From contig CAVIJJ010000004.1 in assembly GCA_963643205.1 (NCBI GenBank), forward strand, positions 52 through 64,051: a DNA stretch of 64,000 nt, given 5' to 3'. The DNA comes from a bacterium (GTDB taxonomy: Bacteria; Bacillota; Clostridia; Christensenellales; CAG-138). The notes beneath the pieces are model-generated. The model saw only the letters and a program-made list of their open reading frames with translations, did no database searches and was not told the origin of the DNA. Shown piece by piece: positions 1-8,241 of the stretch. The translations under genes were made by a program, and so were the position numbers. Position 1 is the stretch's first letter. Every line of letters begins with the position of its first letter.

Positions 1-21
1 ATGGGGACGCAAGATTTATAC

Positions 22-59
22 TTATTGAAAAAGGCGAAGCGGCATTGTGCCGCCCCGCC
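22..59 (-). terminator. Probable intrinsic terminator downstream of the CotH-family gene
   Basis: Imperfect GC-rich hairpin GGCGAAGCGGCA / TGCCGCCCCGCC (33-59). On the minus strand it is followed by TTTTCAATAAG and lies about 24 nt past the stop at 83-85. Confidence 0.5.
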
Positions 60-82
60 TAAAAGGAATGGGGGAAACTGAC

Positions 83-2038
83 TTAATTATCCTTTCGGCC
101 TATGTATTCTCCGCCGAAGTTGCCTCCGCCGCCACCGCCGAAGCTGCCCATGGTTGAAAGCAGCATGTCGGACGCGTCCACAAGGGAACCGCTGTCCTCG
201 CTCTGACCTGATGAGGTTGAGGGAATGGTGCCGTCAAGCTGACCCTGTACGCTCTCCGCGCGCAGCAGGCAGAACTCCTTAAGCGTGCTCACGCCCGCCT
301 CAAACTCCTCATATGTGCAGAAGCCGTTGGTGTCGCGCTCGGCGTAGGGCGCTATAAGCGCGTAGGTTTCGTCTATAAGCTGCTCAAATTCACCCGAATC
401 GAAGAAGCTTGTTATAAACTGCTGCATAATGCTGTGGTAAAGTTCGGTATATTCCTCGCTTTCGAATATCCAGCTCAGCATGGGCCTTGATTCAACGCTG
501 CCGCCCGAAACGGGAGTGTCTATCGGGTAATTTACCATTGCGGTAGCGTCCCCGCTCATAAAGCCGCCGAACGCCAGGTTGTAGTCCCAGGGAATCATGC
601 TAAGCATGCCGTCTTCCTCATAAAGGTAGTAGTTGTGTATCATGGTGCCGGTGTAGCTGTCAAAATTGCATACAAAGTTGTGCACAACAAAGTAGCGTAT
701 AACCTGATCAACGTTCACAACGTCCTCTATGTCCTCGTTCTCGTTCAGCTTTTTAATGGAGGATATAAGCCGCTTCTTGTCCGCAGTTGAAAGGGCGGTT
801 TTCGCGCTTTCGAATATATTCGAGTAGCTTGAGAACTCATCGTCCGTGTATATAAGCGAAACATCGTCGCTTGAACCGAAGCCGGCCATGCCGAAAGCGG
901 AGAAGTCCATATCACCTATGTTGGACGGGTCGAAATCACCCAAGCTGGATGGGTCAAAGTCGCCCATATCCGGGAACGAGCCGGAGGAGCCTGAATCCGA
1001 GCCGGAGCCTGAACTTGAATCGGAGCTGCCGGGCATTGAGGGAGGATTGCCGCCAAAGCCGCCGCTTGGCATGGAAGGAGGGGTAAACCCGTTTGAGCTT
1101 GAGCCTGAATCCGAACCGGAGCTGCCGGGCATTGAAGGCGGATTGCCGCCAAAGCTTCCGTTACCGCCAAAGTCGCCGCTCGGCATGGAGGGAGGGGTAA
1201 AACCGCCTGTATCGGAGCTTGAACTATCCGAGCCGTCTCCGTCGGGCTTCGCGGGCGGGGTGGTACTGTCGGTCGCGGCTGAATCGCCGGGCGGGGTTGT
1301 GCCGCTGCCGTCGCCCGTGGTCATGTTCTCGTCAAAGTCAAAGTTAAAGCCGTTCTCATCGGCAAAGTCCTGCATATCAAAGTCCTTGCCGTTGCCTCTG
1401 CCGCCGCCCATGCTCATACTGTCCGGCTTATAAAGATCGCCGTAGTCGGTGCCGTAGTTGCGCTCAAGAAAGCTTTCCTCAACGCCCTCAAGCGCCAGAT
1501 AAAGCCCGAAGTCCTCGCCATTAACCGTTACGTATACATAGCTTACAAGCGGCGAATCAACGCCCATATAGGCCATCATGCGGTATGTAAGGTAGTCCTT
1601 CATAAGGGTGTTGTCCTGAATATTGTTGTTCAGAACAAGCTTATCCAGCCCGTAGTAGTTAAGGGCATCGTCGTAGTGGTCAAACTCTATCTTAAAGCTG
1701 TAGCGGTTGTTGCCGTATTGCTTAACGCTTGAAAGGGATGTGTTGCCCTTTGCGCGTATGGCGCAGTTGGAAACCGTTTCCCCGTCTATCACCAGGCTGC
1801 AGAGCGCGTATTCCTCGCTTTCCGCGTTTTCGATAAAGCTCTGCCAGTCGTCAGAGTCCATAACAATATCTATTGAATGAACGTAGCTTGTATCGAATAT
1901 TTTGGATTCATAGCTGAATGTGCGCTCAATTGTGCCTATGGCACCGGCGGACTTGGCAAAGCAAAGCAATATGGTGAAGGCAAGCGTAAGCGCGGCTATT
2001 ATGCTGCAAAAAAGCGTTGTGTGCTTAGACTTGCTCAT
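83..2038 (-). CDS. CotH kinase family protein with N-terminal signal/anchor and a long Ser/Gly/Pro/Asp low-complexity insert
   Basis: 651-aa ORF with CotH-family blocks: AIRAKGNTSL...YSFKIEFD, MKDYLTYRMMAYMGV, FGLYLALEGVEESFLERNYG, NYYLYEEDGMLSMIPWDYNLAFGGF. Hydrophobic N-terminus TLFCSIIAALTLAFTILLCFAKSAGA. Start lies 5 nt after the upstream stop. Confidence 0.85.
   Translation of the reverse strand: MSKSKHTTLFCSIIAALTLAFTILLCFAKSAGAIGTIERTFSYESKIFDTSYVHSIDIVMDSDDWQSFIENAESEEYALCSLVIDGETVSNCAIRAKGNTSLSSVKQYGNNRYSFKIEFDHYDDALNYYGLDKLVLNNNIQDNTLMKDYLTYRMMAYMGVDSPLVSYVYVTVNGEDFGLYLALEGVEESFLERNYGTDYGDLYKPDSMSMGGGRGNGKDFDMQDFADENGFNFDFDENMTTGDGSGTTPPGDSAATDSTTPPAKPDGDGSDSSSSDTGGFTPPSMPSGDFGGNGSFGGNPPSMPGSSGSDSGSSSNGFTPPSMPSGGFGGNPPSMPGSSDSSSGSGSDSGSSGSFPDMGDFDPSSLGDFDPSNIGDMDFSAFGMAGFGSSDDVSLIYTDDEFSSYSNIFESAKTALSTADKKRLISSIKKLNENEDIEDVVNVDQVIRYFVVHNFVCNFDSYTGTMIHNYYLYEEDGMLSMIPWDYNLAFGGFMSGDATAMVNYPIDTPVSGGSVESRPMLSWIFESEEYTELYHSIMQQFITSFFDSGEFEQLIDETYALIAPYAERDTNGFCTYEEFEAGVSTLKEFCLLRAESVQGQLDGTIPSTSSGQSEDSGSLVDASDMLLSTMGSFGGGGGGNFGGEYIGRKDN
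1022..1205. repeat. Imperfect in-frame tandem repeat inside the CotH gene (70-nt unit 1022-1091, 88-nt unit 1118-1205)
   Basis: Both units start GGAGCTGCCGGGCATTGA.GG.GGATTGCCGCCAAAG and end GGCATGGA.GGAGGGGTAAA.CCG. The second carries an 18-nt insertion, CTTCCGTTACCGCCAAAG. They encode GFTPPSMPSG.FGGNPPSMPGSS repeats. Confidence 0.8.
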
Positions 2039-2043
2039 ACCGT

Positions 2044-2742
2044 TTAGCCCATGTATTCGCCGTTGTAGCTTACAAGCACGGCGCTTGAAACACCGTTTAG
2101 CGCGCTAAGCTCGTTTATAAAGCCTGTATCGCCGCTCTTAAGCCTTATCTCCATATTAAGCTCAACGTGGCCCGCCTTAACGCTTTTGCTCTTAACAACG
2201 CATTTGTCGCTGTGCGCCGCAAGGAACTCGGTAGCCTTCTTTTCGCTATCGGCACCCTCGCAGCTTATAACAACTATATAGGGATCGGTGTGCGCCTTTC
2301 TGTTGGCGAACACAACTATCATAAGCCCTATTACGGCGCTGCCTATAACGGCCAGGGGAATCATGCCCGCGGCAAGCACTATGCCCGCGGCTATAGCCCA
2401 GAAGAGGAACGCTATGTCAAGCGGCTCCTTTATGGCCGTGCGGAAACGCACTATGCTAAGCGCGCCTACCATGCCGAGCGAAAGCACAACGTTGCTTGTT
2501 ACGGCAAGTATTACGAAGGTTGAAATCATTGTAAGCGCTATAAGCGTTACGCCGAAGGTTGATGAATACATAACGCCCTTAAACGTTTTTTTGTATATCA
2601 TGAATATGAATACGCCTATGCCGAAGCTTAAAAGCAGGGCAACGGCCATATCGAAATAGGATACGCTGTCAAAGTTTTCGAGAAAGCTGGACTTAAAAAT
2701 GTCGCTGAAGCTTACCGAAAGAAGTAAATTGGGTGTGTTCAT
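2044..2742 (-). CDS. DUF4956 domain-containing membrane protein
   Basis: 232-aa ORF with several N-terminal hydrophobic helices. Characteristic block LGMVGALSIVRFRTAIKEPLDIAFLFWAIAAGI and a soluble C-terminal part. Sits between the VTC and CotH genes. Confidence 0.75.
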   Translation of the reverse strand: MNTPNLLLSVSFSDIFKSSFLENFDSVSYFDMAVALLLSFGIGVFIFMIYKKTFKGVMYSSTFGVTLIALTMISTFVILAVTSNVVLSLGMVGALSIVRFRTAIKEPLDIAFLFWAIAAGIVLAAGMIPLAVIGSAVIGLMIVVFANRKAHTDPYIVVISCEGADSEKKATEFLAAHSDKCVVKSKSVKAGHVELNMEIRLKSGDTGFINELSALNGVSSAVLVSYNGEYMG

Positions 2743-2779
2743 GGAATAATATCTCCTTTTATCTGCGAATTAGGTCACA

Positions 2780-3454
2780 TCAGCCGTATATGCGGCACTG
2801 AGCGTATTTGGAAAACGAGCCGCTTCTCCGGCCCGGAATAAAAATTAGGTCCGCTATAAAGTCCGGCAGGAACTCGCCCCACTTAACCTCAAGCAGTATT
2901 TTACTGTCCCCCGCGGGAACGGTAAGGGCATCGAGCGAAAGAAAGTCCGGAGGGTTCGGGGACATTCTTATGTTGTAATCAAGCGTAACCCTCACGTTCC
3001 CGGCAGGGTATGTGTAAGCGCGGCGCGTGTACGCCACGATTGTTTTGGGCGTTAGACCCTCGCGCATGCGGCAGTAAAGCTCCCGGCAAACGGCTTCATC
3101 CTTTTTCAGCAAAAGCTCCGTATCCCCGGCGATTATTCGCCTTGCCTCCTCGCCCGTTATGTTCGCGCTTTCCTTCAGGCAAAGATCGTCGCGCTTGCTC
3201 TTTTTCTCAAGCTTTATATTGTCAACGTTGTCGTTGTATCGCCTTAAGCGGAACTTGTCGCGATTGCCCACGCCGTTTATCTTTTCCTTAAGCGCGGTGT
3301 CGTAAACATCGTCAAAATAAAGGCTTGTTATTGCGTATGTGCCGTCCAAAGAGGAATATTCGTCCCTCTTCATCGCCGCGTTCAGGCGCATTGTAAGCGT
3401 TATCATGTCGCTTGTGTTTATTTCGTGCTTGTATTCGTGCCTGTAATCTGCCAT
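2780..3454 (-). CDS. VTC-domain (polyphosphate polymerase domain) protein
   Basis: Start MADYRHEYKHEI is typical of bacterial VTC-domain proteins. ATG at 3454 has GGAGGG 12 nt upstream, whereas the ORF-track start at 3496 has no Shine-Dalgarno (SD) sequence. No signal peptide. Confidence 0.7.
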   Translation of the reverse strand: MADYRHEYKHEINTSDMITLTMRLNAAMKRDEYSSLDGTYAITSLYFDDVYDTALKEKINGVGNRDKFRLRRYNDNVDNIKLEKKSKRDDLCLKESANITGEEARRIIAGDTELLLKKDEAVCRELYCRMREGLTPKTIVAYTRRAYTYPAGNVRVTLDYNIRMSPNPPDFLSLDALTVPAGDSKILLEVKWGEFLPDFIADLIFIPGRRSGSFSKYAQCRIYG

Positions 3455-3691
3455 TTTTTTCGATATCCCTCCGATTGATTGGCGAAAGTATATCATTACA
3501 TTATGGCAAAAAATGTTTTTGGCAATGTCAAAGTATCTACAATTTATTTAATCAGGCAGGACAAAATGTTTCAAAAAACATAATAATCGCCGCTGTTCCT
3601 AACAGGGGGAAAGTATAGTATAATTAGCATAGATACTTATGTTTGCGGGCGCGACAGGCGCTGGAGCTCTTCTTAAAAAGGAGGATTTATA

Positions 3692-5464
3692 ATGGATATC
3701 GCAATGCAGATGAAAAGCGCGGAGCTGCTGCTGAACTTTTTAAGGCACGATACGGAAAAAATTCCGCTTTACGGATTTACCCTGCAAAAGGAACGCTTTG
3801 TACCAAAGGAGAATACACACCCGCTTGAAAGGGCGATCCCGGAGGACGAGGGAGTGCCGAGCGGGGCTGTAAACGAATTCTATAAGGAGCTTGAAACCCA
3901 GGCGGATACCACGGCATGCCACGCGGCGATTGTTATGCGCCACGGCAAAATTATAGCCGAAGGAGCGTTCGCGCCATACAGGCTTAATATACCGCATATG
4001 CTCTATTCAATGAGCAAAAGCGTAACCGGCCTTGCCGTGGGCATAGCTGAGGACGAGGGCTTTTTGAACACAAACGAAAAGCTTGTCGATATTTTTCCGG
4101 AGTATATAAATTCGGCCAACGCGAAGCTTCTCAAGTCCCATACGCTTAAGCATCTGCTTACCATGTCCACCGGCATTCGCTTTAACGAGGTGGGCAGCGC
4201 GCTTGACGAAAACTGGGCAAAAATGTATATGCAGTCCGTGCCCAAATTCGAGGCGGGTACGGAATTTGAGTATAACTCACTAAATTCATATATGCTCGCG
4301 GCGGCGGTTGTTAAGCGCACGGGCATGGGCCTTAACGAATACCTTACGCCAAGGCTTTTTGAGCCGCTGGGGATACAAAGCCACGAATGGGAAAAATGCC
4401 CCATGGGCATAGAAAAAGGCGGTTGGGGCCTTTCGCTTACGGCGGAGGATTCCGCAAAGCTTGGCCAGCTTTGTTTGAACATGGGCCGCTGGAACGGCAA
4501 GCAGATAGTGAGCGAGGAATGGATAAGGGAATCCACCCGCAAGCAGATAGACACGCCAAACGGCGAAATGAAGCACGGCTACGGCTACCAGATATGGATG
4601 AGCGATGATGAGGGCGGCTATCAGTTCAACGGCGCCTTTGGCCAGTTTGTGCTCGTTTTCCCCAAATACGATGCCGTAATGGTAATATACTCCGGCAGCT
4701 CCAATCTTTTCGCCAACGGCGACCTGGGCCGCCTTACAAGGCAGCTTTTAAGCACATTTGAGCCAAACGCGATAGAAAGAAACGATGAGGCGTACGCGGA
4801 GCTTAAAAAAACGCTTGCCTCAATTCAGTATGCTCCCGACTGCCCCAAGTATTTGGGAACCGACGCGGAGGAGTTTGAGCGCATAGCGTATAGGCTGGAC
4901 GGCAGGGAGTATCTTGCGGGGCCGAACACCGGCGGACTTTTCCCGCAAACCCTTCAGGGCGTGCACGGAAACATGACCGAAAGCGTAACAATGCTGCGCT
5001 TTGAAAAGCGCGGGGACGACATAGCCGTGTATATATACGAGAAGAACGAGCGGAACATGCTGCTATTGCGCCACGACGGGGCGTTTGAGTACGGCGGGCT
5101 TACCCTTAGGGGGGAACGGCAGATTACCGCTACCCGCTGCCGCTGGAGGCTTGACCCGAACAGAATTCGCCTTTGGGTAATGACCGGCTTTATAGAAACG
5201 CCGAACAGCCGTATACTCTCCTTTGATATTACTCCGCAGAAGATGAGCGTTACGTTTGACGAACGCCCCGCGCTTGATAAAACGGTTCAGATGCTGTTTG
5301 AGCTTGTGGGCGTATCGAGCATGGCGTTTTACAGAAGGATGATGCCCCTGCTTCAAAGGGAAAACCTGGTTAACCTTGTTAAGCAGTTTACGGAGCCCGT
5401 GGCGGAGTGCACCATAATAAGGCACAACGATACGGAACCTGCGCCGAGAATAGCTGAGGAGTAA
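3692..5464 (+). CDS. Serine hydrolase of the beta-lactamase/transpeptidase-like family (possible AmiE-like MurNAc-L-Ala amidase), cytoplasmic
   Basis: 590-aa ORF with an SxxK motif in MLYSMSKSVTGLAVG. Strong ribosome-binding site AAAAAGGAGGA. No signal peptide. First gene of the murQ cluster. Confidence 0.7.
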   Translation: MDIAMQMKSAELLLNFLRHDTEKIPLYGFTLQKERFVPKENTHPLERAIPEDEGVPSGAVNEFYKELETQADTTACHAAIVMRHGKIIAEGAFAPYRLNIPHMLYSMSKSVTGLAVGIAEDEGFLNTNEKLVDIFPEYINSANAKLLKSHTLKHLLTMSTGIRFNEVGSALDENWAKMYMQSVPKFEAGTEFEYNSLNSYMLAAAVVKRTGMGLNEYLTPRLFEPLGIQSHEWEKCPMGIEKGGWGLSLTAEDSAKLGQLCLNMGRWNGKQIVSEEWIRESTRKQIDTPNGEMKHGYGYQIWMSDDEGGYQFNGAFGQFVLVFPKYDAVMVIYSGSSNLFANGDLGRLTRQLLSTFEPNAIERNDEAYAELKKTLASIQYAPDCPKYLGTDAEEFERIAYRLDGREYLAGPNTGGLFPQTLQGVHGNMTESVTMLRFEKRGDDIAVYIYEKNERNMLLLRHDGAFEYGGLTLRGERQITATRCRWRLDPNRIRLWVMTGFIETPNSRILSFDITPQKMSVTFDERPALDKTVQMLFELVGVSSMAFYRRMMPLLQRENLVNLVKQFTEPVAECTIIRHNDTEPAPRIAEE

Positions 5465-5468
5465 ATGC

Positions 5469-6296
5469 ATGGAAAACATAAACGTTACCGAACAGCGCAA
5501 CAAAAGATTCGAGAACATGGACGAGCTGAATACAGAGGAGCTTATGCTGCGCATAAATGACGAGGACGCCAAGGTTGCCGCGGCGGTAAGGCTTGTTATA
5601 CCCGCGGCTTCAAAGGTAGCGGATTTCGCGGCGGATGGCATTAAATCGGGCGGCAGGCTCATATACGTAGGCGCGGGCACATCGGGAAGGCTCGGCGTGC
5701 TGGACGCGAGCGAATGCCCGCCCACATTCGGCGTAAGCTACGATACCGTTCAGGGCCATATAGCCGGTGGCTACGGCGCGCTTATACGCGCGGCAGAGGG
5801 AGCGGAGGACAACGCGGACGCGGGTACGGAGCTTATAAACAGCCTGAATGTAAGTGAATATGATACGGTTGTCGGTATTAGCGCGTCCGGCGGGGCAAAA
5901 TACGTTATAGCCGCCGTAAAGCGGGCAGGCGAGCTCGGGGCGCACACGGCCGCGGTAACATCAAATAAAAACACACCCCTGGGCCGGGCGGCGGAGATTG
6001 AGATAGCCGCCGTAACGGGGCCTGAGGCCGTGGCCGGATCAACCCGAATGAAGTGCGGCACGGCGCAGAAGCTTATACTGAACATGATTTCAACCTGCGC
6101 CATGGCAAAGCTCGGCCGGGTTAAGGGCGGCCTTATGACGGACATGGTGGCCACCAACGAAAAGCTTAGGCACAGGGCCGTAGGCATAGTGGCAAACGCC
6201 GCGAACGTTAGCGAGGAGCGGGCAAAAGCGGCGCTTGAAAAGGCGAACATGGATACCGGAGCCGCCATAAGGCTTATTGAGGAGGGGGAAGCATGA
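5469..6296 (+). CDS. murQ: N-acetylmuramic acid 6-phosphate etherase
   Basis: 275 aa with a SIS-domain MurQ signature: TEQRN near the N-terminus, RLIYVGAGTSGRLGVLDASECPPTFG, GISASGGAKYV. Confidence 0.9.
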   Translation: MENINVTEQRNKRFENMDELNTEELMLRINDEDAKVAAAVRLVIPAASKVADFAADGIKSGGRLIYVGAGTSGRLGVLDASECPPTFGVSYDTVQGHIAGGYGALIRAAEGAEDNADAGTELINSLNVSEYDTVVGISASGGAKYVIAAVKRAGELGAHTAAVTSNKNTPLGRAAEIEIAAVTGPEAVAGSTRMKCGTAQKLILNMISTCAMAKLGRVKGGLMTDMVATNEKLRHRAVGIVANAANVSEERAKAALEKANMDTGAAIRLIEEGEA

Positions 6297-7294
6297 ACGA
6301 ATATCTGATACAGGCCGGCCAAAGGATAATGACCGGATTTAAGGGCACAAAGCTTGACAAGGATATTATAAACGCCGTAAAAAAGCAGAAGATAGGCAAC
6401 TTTATTTTGTTTTCAAACAATATAGAATCCCCCAACCAGCTGAAATCGCTTTGTAAAGAGCTTAAGGATATAGCGATGAGCGAAACCGGCTGTATGCCCC
6501 TTATAAGCGCGGATCAGGAGGGCGGGCGCGTGCAGCGGCTGCCTAAGGGCGTTATAGAAACGCCTAGCGCAAGGGAAATTGCCCAAACCGGGGATGAGGA
6601 GCTTGCGTTCAAAACAGGCAAAAGAATAGGCGAGGCCATGCTTGAAATGGGGCTTAATTACGACCTGGCGCCTGTATTGGATATTGAGTGCGAGGAGGGC
6701 AACGCCGCAATAGGCACAAGAAGCTTTGGCAAGGACAGTGAAACCGTGTCCACGTTCGGCGTAAAGATGGCCCTGGGCATACAGGCCGCGGGTGTGCTGG
6801 CCTGCGCCAAGCATTTTCCGGGCCACGGCGGAACTACCGTGGATTCCCATAAAGCCCTGCCGACGATAGCACTGAGCATGGAGGAACTTGAGGCGGGCCC
6901 GCTTGTGCCGTTCAAGGAGGCGATTAGCGCGGGAGTGAAAAGCATTATGACAACGCATATAATGTTCCCCGCGCTTGATACCGAATACCCCGGCACGCTC
7001 TCTGGCGCCGTTATAGGCTCCCTTTTGCGGGAAAAGCTTGGCTATGACGGAATGATAATTACCGATTGCCTTGAAATGGGGGCTATAGCCTCGCGCTACG
7101 GCGCGGCGGAGGCGGCGGTGCTTGCGGCAAACGCCGGAGTGGATATGCCCCTTATAAGCCACAATAACGCGGAGGCCGCGCGGGCGGCGGAGCTTATAGG
7201 CAAAGCCCTTGAGGAAGGCAAACTGAATACACAAAACAACAATGCCGCACTTAGGCGCATAGCGGAGAACAAAAAATGGCTTATTACACAATAG
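6293..7294 (+). CDS. nagZ: Beta-N-acetylhexosaminidase (GH3, NagZ-like), cytoplasmic
   Basis: 333 aa with GH3 motifs SADQEGGRVQRL and KHFPGHGGTTVDSH. ATGA overlap with murQ. No signal peptide. Confidence 0.85.
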   Translation: MNEYLIQAGQRIMTGFKGTKLDKDIINAVKKQKIGNFILFSNNIESPNQLKSLCKELKDIAMSETGCMPLISADQEGGRVQRLPKGVIETPSAREIAQTGDEELAFKTGKRIGEAMLEMGLNYDLAPVLDIECEEGNAAIGTRSFGKDSETVSTFGVKMALGIQAAGVLACAKHFPGHGGTTVDSHKALPTIALSMEELEAGPLVPFKEAISAGVKSIMTTHIMFPALDTEYPGTLSGAVIGSLLREKLGYDGMIITDCLEMGAIASRYGAAEAAVLAANAGVDMPLISHNNAEAARAAELIGKALEEGKLNTQNNNAALRRIAENKKWLITQ

Positions 7295-8154
7295 GCTTGG
7301 ACGGCGGCGGAACCAAAACGGAGGCCGTACTGCTTTCAAAAGATGGGAATATAATTAAAACCGCCCGTCTGGGCGCGCTTAACCCGGTGAGCTACCCCCA
7401 AAGCCCCGCGAACATAGCCGGGGAGCTTAAGCAATATATAAACGAAAACTGCCTTGCGATATGCGCCGCCTGCGCCGGAGCGGGGGACAATACCAAGGCG
7501 CGGCAGGTTGAGGACGCGCTTAAGAAAGCGTTTTCGGGGAATATATATGTCCGCACGGACGGCGAAAACGCCCTGTACACAGCCCACGGCGAGGAGCCGG
7601 GGGTTATTGTGATATCCGGCACGGGAAGCGTATGCTACGGGCAAAATTGCGGCACAACCGCGCGCAGCGGAGGACGAGGAAACATATTTGACGACGGCGG
7701 CAGCGGCTACGCCATAGGGCGGGATATACTTAGGGCCGTTATTCGCGCAAGCGACGGCCGTGGGGAGAAAACCAAACTAAGCGAAGCGCTATTTAATGAG
7801 TGCGGCACGGACGACATAGCGGCCATAACCGCGCGCTACACATCCTGCCCAAAGAGCGACATAGCGGCACTCGCCCCGCTTACGGATAAGCTTTATGATG
7901 ATAAAGCGGCGGTTGACATTATGAACACAGCCGCCTGTGAGCTTGCCGACATGGCGGCGGCCGTTATAAATACTCTTAAGCTGACAGCACCCCGCGTGGC
8001 GTTTACCGGGAGTACCGTTCTGAACAGCCCCACCCTTTATTCATTAAGCGAAAAGGCGATACTTGCCCGCTTCCCGAATGCTGTTTGCTTCAAATCTGCC
8101 AAAAACGCGGCCCTCGGCGCGGCGGAGTACGCCTGGAGCAGGAGAAAAAATTAA
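7276..8154 (+). CDS. BadF/BadG/BcrA/BcrD-type ATPase, probable GlcNAc/MurNAc kinase (MurK-like)
   Basis: 292 aa with N-terminal GLDGGGTKT and VISGTGS phosphate-binding motifs. Overlaps nagZ by 19 nt. Its position next to murQ matches the MurK arrangement known from Clostridium acetobutylicum. Confidence 0.7.
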   Translation: MAYYTIGLDGGGTKTEAVLLSKDGNIIKTARLGALNPVSYPQSPANIAGELKQYINENCLAICAACAGAGDNTKARQVEDALKKAFSGNIYVRTDGENALYTAHGEEPGVIVISGTGSVCYGQNCGTTARSGGRGNIFDDGGSGYAIGRDILRAVIRASDGRGEKTKLSEALFNECGTDDIAAITARYTSCPKSDIAALAPLTDKLYDDKAAVDIMNTAACELADMAAAVINTLKLTAPRVAFTGSTVLNSPTLYSLSEKAILARFPNAVCFKSAKNAALGAAEYAWSRRKN

Positions 8155-8200
8155 AATCGCGGTTTACTTTCATGCTAATTTGAATCGTAATATTAGCATC

Positions 8201-8230
8201 AAAAAAGCGACCATTGCGGTCGCTTTTAAT
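8201..8230. terminator. Bidirectional intrinsic terminator between the kinase gene and the Na/Pi transporter gene
   Basis: AAAAAAGCGACC-ATTGC-GGTCGCTTTTAAT, a 7-bp GC-rich stem flanked by an A-run and a T-run. An extra 8-bp hairpin ATGCTAAT/ATTAGCAT lies at 8172-8199. Confidence 0.7.
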
Positions 8231-8241
8231 TTATCTGCAAT

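Noticed and set aside
846-1433. 195-aa Pro/Glu/Ser-rich plus-strand ORF
   Set aside because: It is the antisense reading of the Ser/Gly/Pro repeat region of the CotH gene, and its repetitive composition mirrors the sense repeats.
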